DNA from: Alphaproteobacteria bacterium
Lineage (GTDB): Bacteria > Pseudomonadota > Alphaproteobacteria > SP197
Reading direction: 5' to 3'
NCBI GenBank assembly: GCA_964291265.2
Contig: OZ219747.1
Location: forward strand, 1,824,001-1,888,000
DNA length: 64,000 bases
How positions within the stretch are numbered: position 1 is the stretch's first letter; each line of letters starts with the position of its first letter. A program made the position numbers and the translations under genes. Below, piece by piece: positions 10,573-19,884 of this stretch. The notes under the pieces are model-generated. The model was not told where the DNA came from, ran no database searches, and saw only the letters and a program-made list of their open reading frames with translations.

Positions 10573-11692
10573 CCCGACCCCGGCCAGGGTTGGCCCGGCA
10601 GTGCGCAGGCAGGACGCATGTCAGCTCCGGGACAGACGGTGCGCGAATCGCCAGGATGCTCGATCAGTGGCAGCCGCCGACGACGGATGGCACACAAGGA
10701 AGGACGGGAAGAGCGGAACATGGCAGAGCGTTGCCGTGCCGGAAGCCGGTTCGCCCAGCCAACCGAATGCCGCAGGAAAGGTGCGCCGTCCTGTCTGACC
10801 TTGACGGGCGTCCAGCCAGGCGCTTCGTGGTCGGGATTCGGGATGCGCCTGGTGCGCGTCTGCACTGCGTTCCCGGCCGTGTCGAGCGACAGTTCGGCAT
10901 CGTCGTCAGGCGTGAGGAACACCCGCAGGACAAGGGCCGGTGAACTCCGAGTTCCCGACGCATTGGATCGGACCGTCATCCGTGCCCGCCTTCTTGCCGA
11001 GCGGATCGTTCGATCCGCGAACGCGCTCAACCTCAAGACGATACCATGAACCGGAGCGAAAACGCGCATTGGCCTCACTCGCAAGTGAATCGGACCAATC
11101 GAACCGCATGAGGATGCCCGAACAGACCTGCCGACGTCAAGGCGCGGTGCATCCTCCACGTGTTGGCGTATCCTGCACGTGGATGCGGCGGAAGTCCACG
11201 ACCGCCGCGAGTTCGTCATTGAGGGAGCGGATGCTCGGGGTCGCCGGGCGGACCACGTCACGGCGCAGCAGCAGGGGGCTTGACACCGGGCGTCGGACGT
11301 CACGCCTGAGCGGCATGACGAAGACCTGCCCGGGTTGCCGTGGGGATCGTGTCGCGCCCGCCGGTACGGGAGTATCTCTTGGTTGAGCCCGGCGCCCGCC
11401 TGGCGTCCGCCTTGCAAGGTTCAGGTGTCCCGGGATCGGCGAGGGCCGCAAGCCCGGTGTTGCTGGCGATCGGATGATACCGCTGGAACTGCTGTCGAGG
11501 CTTCCAGCCGATCCAGCCGTCGCGCGTCCTGCACTTGAGGGCGCCGTTCTGCCACCAACCGGAATCAAGAGCGAGAAACCCCGGGCCAATTGTGTCGGAA
11601 GCGCTCATGGATTAGTATGGTGGGGTGTCATGCAACATGGGTGTCACGAATACTCCTGACAGTGCTTGCGCAGTGAAATCAGTCGGGCGTCA

Positions 11693-12961
11693 ATGAGCTC
11701 CTTCGACATAGAGTGGATCCTGAAGTCCCTCGCCGTCCATGTCATGACGGCTCGCGATCGCCGGAGATACGGCTTTCGCTACAATCCGCTCTCAATGCGG
11801 ACGATCCAGGATCCTTATCCGGTCTACGACCGCATCAGGCAGACGGCCCGGGCATTTGTCGCGCGAGGGCTGCATGACAACACGATTCTCACCCACCATG
11901 CCGACGTCCGCGCCTTCTCCAGCCAGGACAGGCTGTTGTCTCACGACCCCAGCAAGTTCGGGCTGAAAGACAGCAGGGTCTCCGATCCCGACAACAAGAG
12001 CCTGCTCAACCTCGACCCACCCGAGCACACACGCCTGCGCAAGCTCGTCGCCAGGGCATTCACGCCACGGACCATAGCGGCGCTGGAGCCCGAAATCCGC
12101 CGCACTGCACACGGCCTTCTGGATGGGATCGACGATCCTTCGAGCTTCGATTTCGTCCGCGCCTTCGCGCTTCCTCTGCCGATTCACACGATCGCGATCA
12201 TGCTCGGGGTCCCCAGGGACGACTACGCGAGATTCACCGCCTGGACGCTCGCCCGCGCACGGTTTGTCGAACCCATGCTCAGTTCCCGCGAGCGCCGAGC
12301 CGCGGATCGGGCGGGGCAGGAACTGTTCGACTATTTCCAGCCCATCGTCCGCGACCGGAAGGCCAATCCGCAGGCGGACATCGTCACCGAACTGGCGCGG
12401 GCCGAAGAGGAAGGTGACAAACTGACCGAGCGCGAAGTTCTCAGCCTGTTGCGCCAGCTGCTGGTGGCGGGCAGCGAGACCACCGTCAGTCTCCTCGGCA
12501 ACGGACTGCTCGCGCTCCTGCAACACCCTGAGCAGCAGGAGCAGCTTGGCAGCAATCTCGACCTGGTTCCGGGAGCGGTCGAGGAAATGCTGCGCTATGA
12601 CGCTCCGGTGCAGTTGTCGATGCGCATGGCCTACCAGGACTGCACGATCAACGGACTGCACGTGAAGGCCCGGCAGAGATTTCTCGTCATGCTGGGCGCT
12701 GCCAACCGCGACCCCGCCGCGTTTCCCGAGCCGGAGCGTTTCGATATCCATCGCAAGATGGACGCAGGAATCATGTCATTCGGAGGCGGCATGCACCATT
12801 GCCTGGGCGCGGCACTGGCTCGCATGGAAGCACGCATCGCGTTCGAGGTGCTCTATGAGAGATTCAGCGGCTTTCGGCTTCTCACGGACCGTCCGAAGTA
12901 CAGGCGAGGCCTCAACCTGAGGAGTCTGGAATCGCTCCCGGTCCGGGCGATTCCTGCATGA
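11693..12961 (+). CDS. Cytochrome P450
   Basis: LLNLDPPEHTRLR, AGSETT, EEMLRYD, heme motif FGGGMHHCLG. Confidence 0.95.
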   Translation: MSSFDIEWILKSLAVHVMTARDRRRYGFRYNPLSMRTIQDPYPVYDRIRQTARAFVARGLHDNTILTHHADVRAFSSQDRLLSHDPSKFGLKDSRVSDPDNKSLLNLDPPEHTRLRKLVARAFTPRTIAALEPEIRRTAHGLLDGIDDPSSFDFVRAFALPLPIHTIAIMLGVPRDDYARFTAWTLARARFVEPMLSSRERRAADRAGQELFDYFQPIVRDRKANPQADIVTELARAEEEGDKLTEREVLSLLRQLLVAGSETTVSLLGNGLLALLQHPEQQEQLGSNLDLVPGAVEEMLRYDAPVQLSMRMAYQDCTINGLHVKARQRFLVMLGAANRDPAAFPEPERFDIHRKMDAGIMSFGGGMHHCLGAALARMEARIAFEVLYERFSGFRLLTDRPKYRRGLNLRSLESLPVRAIPA

Positions 12962-13071
12962 TCCGGCGAGCGGGGTCGTCAGGCACGGACCCGCCGGCAG
13001 CAACCCTGTCGTGAACCCGCTGCTCATGAAGGGCCGGCCGGGACGGCGAGCATGCGAGAGTTGTTGTCCCG

Positions 13072-14118
13072 ATGGCTGAAGATGCCGGACACGCGTCGCC
13101 GGTATTCGTATTGAACTCCGGGCGCTGCGGATCGACCATGTTGTCGAACATTCTGAACTCCCACCCCGGCATTCTCAGCCTGTCCGAGTTCTTCGCGTTC
13201 CACGGCACGGCCATGTTTCGCCGCCGCCGACTGACGGGAGACCGCATGTGGGACACCCTCAGCCGGCAATCGGGGTGGACCCGCTTCATGTTGAGAGGGC
13301 GGATCGACGAGATCCTGTATCCGCTGGACGCTCCGCAGAGCCGCTATTCGCACGTGGATGTGCCTCCCATCCTGTGCACGACGCTTCCGCACATCACGAA
13401 CCGCTGCGAAGAACTCTTCGACGAAATGGAGCCGGTCGTCCGGGGCCTGCCCCGCCGGACGACCGAGGAGCAGCTGCGCGCCGTGTTCGATTGGCTGCGC
13501 CAACGGACCGGCGCCAGGGTCTGGGTCGAGCGTTCCGGTGGCTCTGCAACCTACGCAGGCACCCTGCTCAACCGGTTCCCGGATGCCCGGATCGTGCACC
13601 TCTTCCGTGACGGGCGCGAAACCGCCCTCTCGATGATGGACCACGCCAGCTTCCGCAACGCCATGGTCTATCTCCTCGCCCTGCGCAAACGCGGCTACGA
13701 CCCGCTGAAGCGTAAGGCGTGGAACAGCCCATTCTGGGATATGGTCTCGCTGAATCTGGATCCTGTGATCTATGTGCTTCTCCTGCCGAAACCGGTTCCC
13801 TGCGACCAGTTGAGGCTGACCGATTTTGGAACGATGTGGAGCGATCTGGTCGTCCGCTCGCTCGACGTCATCGACCGTCTGCCTGCCGAGAGGGTGCTGA
13901 ACCTCTCCCTCGAGAATGTCGTGACGCAGCCCGAGAGGGAATTGAGACGACTCATTCGCTTCATCGATCCAGGGCTGGAAGACGACGAGTGGGTCGCCGA
14001 GGCAGCGAAGAGACCGCGGCAGGAACGCTCCGCAGCAGGGGACCTGGATCCGGCGGAGCGCGAGGCGCTGACCCAGGCGTGCCGTCCCGGCCTCGAACGC
14101 CTCGGCTATGACGTCTAG
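13072..14118 (+). CDS. Sulfotransferase family protein
   Basis: FVLNSGRCGSTML 5'-PAPS loop; FPDARIVHLFRDGRETALS 3'-phosphate-binding motif. Confidence 0.9.
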   Translation: MAEDAGHASPVFVLNSGRCGSTMLSNILNSHPGILSLSEFFAFHGTAMFRRRRLTGDRMWDTLSRQSGWTRFMLRGRIDEILYPLDAPQSRYSHVDVPPILCTTLPHITNRCEELFDEMEPVVRGLPRRTTEEQLRAVFDWLRQRTGARVWVERSGGSATYAGTLLNRFPDARIVHLFRDGRETALSMMDHASFRNAMVYLLALRKRGYDPLKRKAWNSPFWDMVSLNLDPVIYVLLLPKPVPCDQLRLTDFGTMWSDLVVRSLDVIDRLPAERVLNLSLENVVTQPERELRRLIRFIDPGLEDDEWVAEAAKRPRQERSAAGDLDPAEREALTQACRPGLERLGYDV

Positions 14119-14164
14119 GTGGACGTGCGAAAGACGCACCATGTCGTCAAGCCTGGTGGTGGGC

Positions 14165-14299
14165 CGGTCCTTGTCGAGAGGCGATGTCGCGCTCTGGGAC
14201 AACCGCTTTACCTTGTACTGCGCCGCCTTTGACCATGGTCACCACGACCGGATCATGCATCGTGTGACGCTGAAAGGGTCACGTCCTTTCGCTGCCTGA
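14165..14299 (+). pseudogene. TauD/TfdA dioxygenase C-terminal remnant
   Basis: GDVALWDNRFTLY...RIMHRVTLKGSRPF matches the TauD C-terminus; rest of gene absent. Confidence 0.7.
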
Positions 14300-15129
14300 C
14301 GCCGACGAGCCCGGGCCTGGCGGCAGCGGGTCGCCGCTGGCCTCCAGGGTGCCCTCGGCGTCGCGCTGTTCGTCTCCCGTCAACGCCGGGCAGAAGACGG
14401 ACAGGGGGTGAAGATCGCTTCGGGCATGCATGCTGTGGCGGTCTTCGGGGCCGACGCAGTACATCATTCCCGGTTCCATGCTCCAGGTTTCCCCGGAGCC
14501 AAGGTCCTTCACCTCTCGCGTGCCGTCGAGAACGTAGTTTGCCTCCCGGTGGTGCCTGTACCACAGGATGTTGCGATTGCCCGCCGCGAGGCGGACGTCA
14601 CTGAGGGAGAACCCGACACGGTCCTCACGCAAGAGCATGCGCACCGTCGTTGCGCTGCCGCTGGCGACGACGAGCTGGCGTCCCTGGCCAACGAGTTCGT
14701 CGACGGTCCTCACGAACATGCACTCCCGGCCTTCGGGAACGGGGCCGGTCGGCGGATAGGCACCGTCGCTGTCGTGAGATTCGTCTCCGGCAAGGGGCGG
14801 ATTGAAGACGCTGACGACATGGAGCGCATCGTCGACGACGAGGCGCCGGTCGGTCGGTCCAACCGTATAGAGGGTGCCCGGAGCCAGCCGCCAGCTCCGG
14901 TCCCGTTCAAGGTCTCGCACCGTGCCCGTGCCGGCGACAACGTAGTTCGCTTCCCAGTGATTCCTGTACCACAGGACGCCGGACGTGCCGTCGGCGAGGC
15001 GTACGTCCGACATGGTGAAACCCATGCCGTCGAGGATGGTGAGAAACCGTGTCGAGCGGACCCTGCCGTCGCTCAGGACCTTTTTTCGGCGCCGACGCGG
15101 CGCCGTTCGTCAAGGGTGCGGATGAACAT
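14279..15129 (-). CDS. Tandem two-domain ectoine synthase (EctC)-like cupin; frameshifted by one missing base in an A6 run at ~15081-15086
   Basis: AGGAGG then ATG 15129 MFIRTLDE; two copies of the GF-SD...LWY-(N/H)H-EANY...G-Y-VGP-DR...SVF-P-L-GDE-D pattern; ATG is 104 nt upstream of the in-frame ORF start. Confidence 0.8.
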
Positions 15130-15139
15130 GTCAGCCTCC

Positions 15140-16303
15140 TCACGAGGAAACGGGTTCGTCCGGCAGGGCGTTGCTGCCGGTGATGCGGCGGGCGAGATAC
15201 TGGCAGAACTCGAAGTTGGGACGTTCCAGATAACTCAGGTGTCCGGGGCGTGCCAGGCCGGACCTGGCGCCGTTGAACACGGCTTCGGTTCCCAACCGAT
15301 CCTCCTCGTTGACGGCATCGAGAATCCTCTTGGTCTCGGCGATGTGTTCGGCTCCCAGCGGATCGTTGATGAAATCGGGCGCCATGCCGCCGCCGTAGAG
15401 AATCCTCACCCTGCCGGCGCCTTCCGGCTGCAGTGACAGATACCAGAAGTACCCCGGAGTCAGGGTGATCATGTGGCTGGGGTAGATGGTGATCAGCGCC
15501 GTGGTCCTGCGCCACTCGCCCTCAAGATAGGTGCAGTCGGGATGGGCGTTGGCAAGGGGGAAGTCGGATTCCTTGGTGATCCAGTGATAGTTGAACACCG
15601 CGCCTCCCGCCGGCATTTCCATCTCTCCGACTTTTGACCGGTTGCCGATGGTGCCGCGGTGGAGCTGGAAGAGGTGATAGCTCTCCATGAAGTTCTCGGC
15701 CAGAATCTTCCAGTTGGTCTCCCAGACATGCTCTTCGCGGAAGGTCTCGATGTAGTCGGCGAAGCGGTAGCGTCCCGTGACGATTTCCCCCACCGGCCGA
15801 AACAGGACTTCCGGCGGCGGAATGTCGGGATCGAGCGTGACGTAGATCCAGCCATCCCAGACATCGCAGCGTACGCGGGCAAGGCAGTAGTCGCGCTTGT
15901 CGAAGGCCGGGCTTGCATCCATCCACGGGGCATGGCGCAGGCGGCCGTCGAGGCCGTAGGACCAGGCATGGTAGGGGCAGGTAATGACCTTGCGGTTGCC
16001 GCGTCCGGCAAGGAGCAGGCTCATCCGGTGCAGGCAGACGTTGGAGAAGGCCCTGACCTCTCCGGCATGGTCGCGCACGATGAAGATCGGCTCGTCGACG
16101 AGCCTGAAGGTGAGAAAGTCGCCCCTTTCCGGAATGGCATCGGCCCGGCCGGCACAGATCCATTCCCTGGAGAACACCCGCTCCCTTTCCAGGGCCAGGA
16201 ACGCCTCGCTGGAATAGATGCCGGGAGGTGCGGCCCGCGCTTCGGCGAAGGAACGTTCCGCGTTGGTCTTCAGTTCGCCAAGGAGTGTCGCGATTGCCGC
16301 CAT
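15140..16303 (-). CDS. Rieske non-heme iron oxygenase alpha subunit (choline monooxygenase / amine N-demethylase-like)
   Basis: CLHR...CPYHAW Rieske motif; NWKILAENFMESYHLFQLH iron ligands. Confidence 0.9.
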   Translation of the reverse strand: MAAIATLLGELKTNAERSFAEARAAPPGIYSSEAFLALERERVFSREWICAGRADAIPERGDFLTFRLVDEPIFIVRDHAGEVRAFSNVCLHRMSLLLAGRGNRKVITCPYHAWSYGLDGRLRHAPWMDASPAFDKRDYCLARVRCDVWDGWIYVTLDPDIPPPEVLFRPVGEIVTGRYRFADYIETFREEHVWETNWKILAENFMESYHLFQLHRGTIGNRSKVGEMEMPAGGAVFNYHWITKESDFPLANAHPDCTYLEGEWRRTTALITIYPSHMITLTPGYFWYLSLQPEGAGRVRILYGGGMAPDFINDPLGAEHIAETKRILDAVNEEDRLGTEAVFNGARSGLARPGHLSYLERPNFEFCQYLARRITGSNALPDEPVSS

Positions 16304-17250
16304 CTGATGAGAAACAGTGCCGTTGTCCCCAGGCATCATTGCCAAATCGCAGTGACTGGACAACCACGCGCTGTGCGATGGGCCTGCCCACTCGGCTCTC
16401 ATGGCTCCGGGCGGCCAGCCTGATGAGGGGGGCCTCGACATGGAGAGGACAAGGTCTCTCACCACTGCGCCTGGCTTTGCGAGTCCGCGGAGATTCCCAC
16501 GGGCCGGGAGATCGCTCGCGAACTGATCCATGAGTTGTGCGAGAGCGGCGCAGTTTCCATGATCGAAGGCGTCCGTGTGACCGGAACGCGCCCGGGGGAA
16601 CTCCGGTGAACGTCTGTCCGCAGACTGATGACGAGTGCCGGATTTCCGTGAACAGGATGTTGCGCACCTGCCCGGTTTCGCCGATTCGCAGACAGCGGGG
16701 GATTTCTCGAAGCGGCATGGCGCCGCGCGGAAACGCCAGGCGAGGCAGGTTGCGATATGAGCGACGGTGGCTGCCTTCCCTACCGACCGGAACCTCCATG
16801 AAAGCGAGGACGCGTTTCGCGCCTTCGCGACCTTGATCGCAGAACAGGCCGGGAAGGTCCTCGGCGTCGACCGGGTCCGCCCCCGTTCGATCGGATCTTC
16901 GTCCGCGGGCCCATGACGACGATCGACCACTCTTGGCACCAGGACACCGCCTGCCGCTTGATCTGACCCAGCCTGACCGACTGTACGCCCGGCAGCAGTG
17001 CATTCGAGTTCGTCAGGGGAACCGATCGCTCATCGATCTCCATTCTCGGTCCATGTTCGGCGACGGCAACGACGTTACCGGGGCCGTGCCCGATGACCCG
17101 GAACGGGACGGGGTGCCGCTCTGCCACCTGTTGAGGACTGTCCACTTACGGGCGGCCTGCACGTCGGGGATGTGGTCGCCGGCGAGGCGTCGTTCTGTTG
17201 CTGCGCATCTGCGGTTCTTTCGGCGCGGGCATCAGCGATTGACGGGTGCG

Positions 17251-17766
17251 CTAACTGGTACCTCTGTCCTCCGCCAGAACCATGCGGCCGACGGCCCTGT
17301 TGTGCCAGCTTCTTGTGTATGCATCTCTCAGAACCGGGTTGGACCGGTGACCGGCTTCTTCGAGCAATTTTTCCAGGGACACCAGCCGGTCGCGGAATCC
17401 GAGCCGGACCCCGCAGCGCAGGCTGGCACTGTCCGGTCCGCATAGCAGCCAGGCATCGTCCCGATGGATCGCGTGCGCCCAAAGCGAGGCCTCGCCGCGG
17501 TCCAGCGCGATGTCGGGCACCCGCACGCCCAGTTCGGTACGCTGGCGAGCCCCGACGGTGTGAACCGTCTTCAGCGATGCGCGCAACTCCAGGATGTCGA
17601 TCCGCCGCTGCGGCCGTCGGCGCTGAAATCCGGTCTGGGTTTCCGTCACGCAGTCCTCGACGGTTTCGACCGGATAGCCGCCCGTCAGAGCCCGCCACGA
17701 ACCCGTGCGGTGGCATTCGAGAATGACGTTCGTGTCCACCAGCACCGGGCCGTGGTGTCGCGCCAT
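17251..17766 (-). CDS. PIN-like domain protein (putative toxin)
   Basis: VLVDTNVI N-terminus, LDRGEASL, LLCGPD acidic PIN pattern; 6 nt downstream of the XRE-peptidase gene. Confidence 0.7.
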   Translation of the reverse strand: MARHHGPVLVDTNVILECHRTGSWRALTGGYPVETVEDCVTETQTGFQRRRPQRRIDILELRASLKTVHTVGARQRTELGVRVPDIALDRGEASLWAHAIHRDDAWLLCGPDSASLRCGVRLGFRDRLVSLEKLLEEAGHRSNPVLRDAYTRSWHNRAVGRMVLAEDRGTS

Positions 17767-17772
17767 CGCCGT

Positions 17773-18879
17773 TCACAGCTCGACAGGAATTTCGACCCCG
17801 TGCGTTGCGCACAAGTCTCCGAACTCGTCGATTGTCGAACCGAGCAATTCCGCCACGCGCCGCATCGAGACATGGCCGTCCAGGATGGCAAGGCAGAGAA
17901 CCTCCACGAACGGCCTGGAATACAGGGCAGGCGTTACGCCCCCCGCCACTTCCCGGCCGTTGTTGCGCAAGGCCGCCTCGGGCACGGCGCGCGCCACGGA
18001 CGGTTTCAGTTGGCCGAGCGCAACCAGCCGCCAGCGCAGCGCCGAGGACGTCACGCGCAGCTCGTCCGCCACGGCGTTCAGCCGGTCGATCAACCCTTCC
18101 TCGCCCAGAGACGTCCAGCCTCCGCGCCGCTGAAGCGTCGCCGCCGGCATCAGCACCGCCGCGGCGAAATTGTTGGCGAGCTGCTCCACCCGATTGCCGC
18201 CGGTCTCCCGTGCCTCTTCGGAATGCTCCGGCGGCATCGCATCCCACGTCAGGATATGAAACAGTTCGTGCGCCAGATCGAAATGACGGCGCCCTTCGAC
18301 TTCTCGGCGCGCGATCAGGACCGTGTCCAGTTCGGGCAGGCGGCAGGCCGCCCCGGAAATCCCTTCGCTGGCATCCACCATGAGGACCAGAATGCCCAAT
18401 TCCTGCTCCATGACCCCGGCCAGGCCGGTTGCCGGGGCTTCGCCGAGGCCGAACTCGGACACAAAACGCTCCCCGGCCGACATGGCGTCCTCGAAGCGCG
18501 AAGTGCGAGCCAGGCCCAGCGCCCGGCGCATCAGCGGGAGCTCGCGCCCGACCTTCGGCGCCAGCGCGCGAAACGCCGCGATCCAACGGCCGGCGCTGAG
18601 CTCGTATTTGCCGAGCTGCGCAGCGCCGGTCCCCGTATGCCTCCACGAGAAACGGCCTTCGCCGACGAGCCGGAACGGGTCCGTGAAATAGTCGAGCGGC
18701 ACCTCCAGCCTTTCCAGTACGCGCACCAGTTCATCCGCCGAGACACGCCGCGCGCCGGTTTCGATGGCCGAAACAGTCTGTCGGTCGTTGAAACCGAACA
18801 GCTGCGCAAGATCGTCTTGGGAGAACTTGCGCTCCTCGCGCAGCGCCCTGAGTCGCGTACCGATCAGTGGTGTGGACAT
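17773..18879 (-). CDS. XRE HTH + ImmA/IrrE zinc metallopeptidase
   Basis: IGTRLRALREERKFSQDDLA...TVSAIETG; RRHFDLAHELFH; EQLANNFAAAVLMP. Confidence 0.92.
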   Translation of the reverse strand: MSTPLIGTRLRALREERKFSQDDLAQLFGFNDRQTVSAIETGARRVSADELVRVLERLEVPLDYFTDPFRLVGEGRFSWRHTGTGAAQLGKYELSAGRWIAAFRALAPKVGRELPLMRRALGLARTSRFEDAMSAGERFVSEFGLGEAPATGLAGVMEQELGILVLMVDASEGISGAACRLPELDTVLIARREVEGRRHFDLAHELFHILTWDAMPPEHSEEARETGGNRVEQLANNFAAAVLMPAATLQRRGGWTSLGEEGLIDRLNAVADELRVTSSALRWRLVALGQLKPSVARAVPEAALRNNGREVAGGVTPALYSRPFVEVLCLAILDGHVSMRRVAELLGSTIDEFGDLCATHGVEIPVEL

Positions 18880-18891
18880 GATGGCCTCCCG

Positions 18892-18926
18892 ATTGCAATA
18901 TATTCTTGCACCCTGCGAATTGCAAT
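18892..18926 (-). promoter_or_regulatory. sigma70-type promoter overlapped by two ATTGCAAT palindromes (likely autoregulatory operator)
   Basis: Minus strand TTGCAA-17 nt-TATATT followed by GGGAGG RBS; ATTGCAAT at 18892-18899 and 18919-18926. Confidence 0.7.
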
Positions 18927-19014
18927 ACAACCAGGCTGGTCCCAGGCCAAGGTCGAGGTTCGCCCAGCGGCCCGGTACCCGCCCGCCTGGCGCAGGGCCC
19001 GCTGGCGGCCTTGA

Positions 19015-19145
19015 AGGCAACGCCTTCGCGTCGTCGGTGACGAGTTCCGCCCGGTCGCGCGCCCGGCTGATCTCGACGTGGAAGCTCTTCTGCGTGGTGA
19101 AATGCGGAAGGTTCGCCTCCATGGCGACGATCACATTGTCGACGG
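19015..19145 (-). pseudogene. MobF/TrwC-type relaxase-helicase C-terminal remnant
   Basis: VDNVIVAMEANLPHFTTQKSFHVEISRARDRAELVTDD resembles helicase motif VI region (YV-ISRAR). Confidence 0.75.
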
Positions 19146-19419
19146 ATCACCCACCGCCTCCATGCCGCGCATACGCGGCTGGGTGCGCGTCACCTCGAGA
19201 AACGCTTCGACCTCATGCCGGAAGACATTGTCGAGCGGCGCCTCGGCCATGAAGGCCAGCACCCTGTCGGCGGTACCCAGGCGCGGCTCGCGCCCGGGCT
19301 TCAGCCGGTGCACGAAGGACGGATCGCCCAGCGTCCATGCCGAGCCGCGCGGGCGCGGTCCCGGTGGTTTCGAGCCAAACCTCAAGGTTGTTGCGGAAAC
19401 GGCCGGCCAGCCCGGTCAT
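19146..19419 (-). pseudogene. Small Cro-like phage/ICE regulator remnant (repeated domain, frameshifted)
   Basis: LEVWLETTGTAPARLG / GDPSFVHRLKPGREPRLGTADRVLAFM / EVEAFLEVT...EAVGDPS. Confidence 0.55.
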
Positions 19420-19440
19420 GGCGCAGACGATGCAGCCTGG

Positions 19441-19729
19441 TCAGGCTGAGGCGAACTTGCGGACCTTGATTGGGTCGCGGTGGTGCTGCGCGTGCCAGAG
19501 ATCGTACTGCATCTGCTGCGTCAGCCAACTCTCGGGGCTGCCGCCGAAGGCCTCGGACAGCCGGATCGCCATCTCGGGCGAGATGCCGAGGCGGCCGTTG
19601 AGCAGCATCGACAGCGTGTTGCGCGAGACCGAAAGCCCCTTCGCGGCCTCGGTCACGGTCAGACCCAGGGGGGGCGAGGCACTGGCGTCGGATGAACAAG
19701 CCGGGATGGGGCGGGTCATGCATGAGCAT
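19441..19729 (-). pseudogene. higA: HigA antitoxin, frameshifted in a C7 run
   Basis: [10 protein letters not shown]...CL then shifted [57 protein letters not shown]. Confidence 0.85.
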
Positions 19730-19739
19730 GGGTGTTACC

Positions 19740-19879
19740 TCATTGGTGGTCGTCCAGATAGTCGACATCGGCGACATGGCCGTCCTCGAAATGGAAGATC
19801 ACCCGCCAGTTGGCACGGACCGTGACCACCCGGCATACGTACCCCTGAGCGGGTGCAGCCGAAAACCGGGCAGGTCCAT
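19740..19879 (-). pseudogene. higB: HigB (RelE/ParE) toxin 3' remnant
   Basis: MDLPGFRLHPLRG...(shift)VRANWRVIFHFEDGHVADVDYLDDH; 5' half missing. Confidence 0.8.
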
Positions 19880-19884
19880 ATGGC

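Noticed and set aside
10600-11650. Eroded intergenic DNA with faint HepT-like (VDFRRIHVQ/GYAN) and transposase-like snippets
   Set aside because: Too short and degenerate to assign by eye.
15078-15090. Programmed -1 frameshift in the EctC-like gene
   Set aside because: Zero-frame codons GAA AAA AGG do not form a canonical X XXY YYZ heptamer; a simple indel is more likely.
16420-16445. CTGATGA...GACA hammerhead-like string (also GGACGAAAC near 39225)
   Set aside because: Core lacks GAAA (or CUGANGA at the second site) and I could not build stems I and III.
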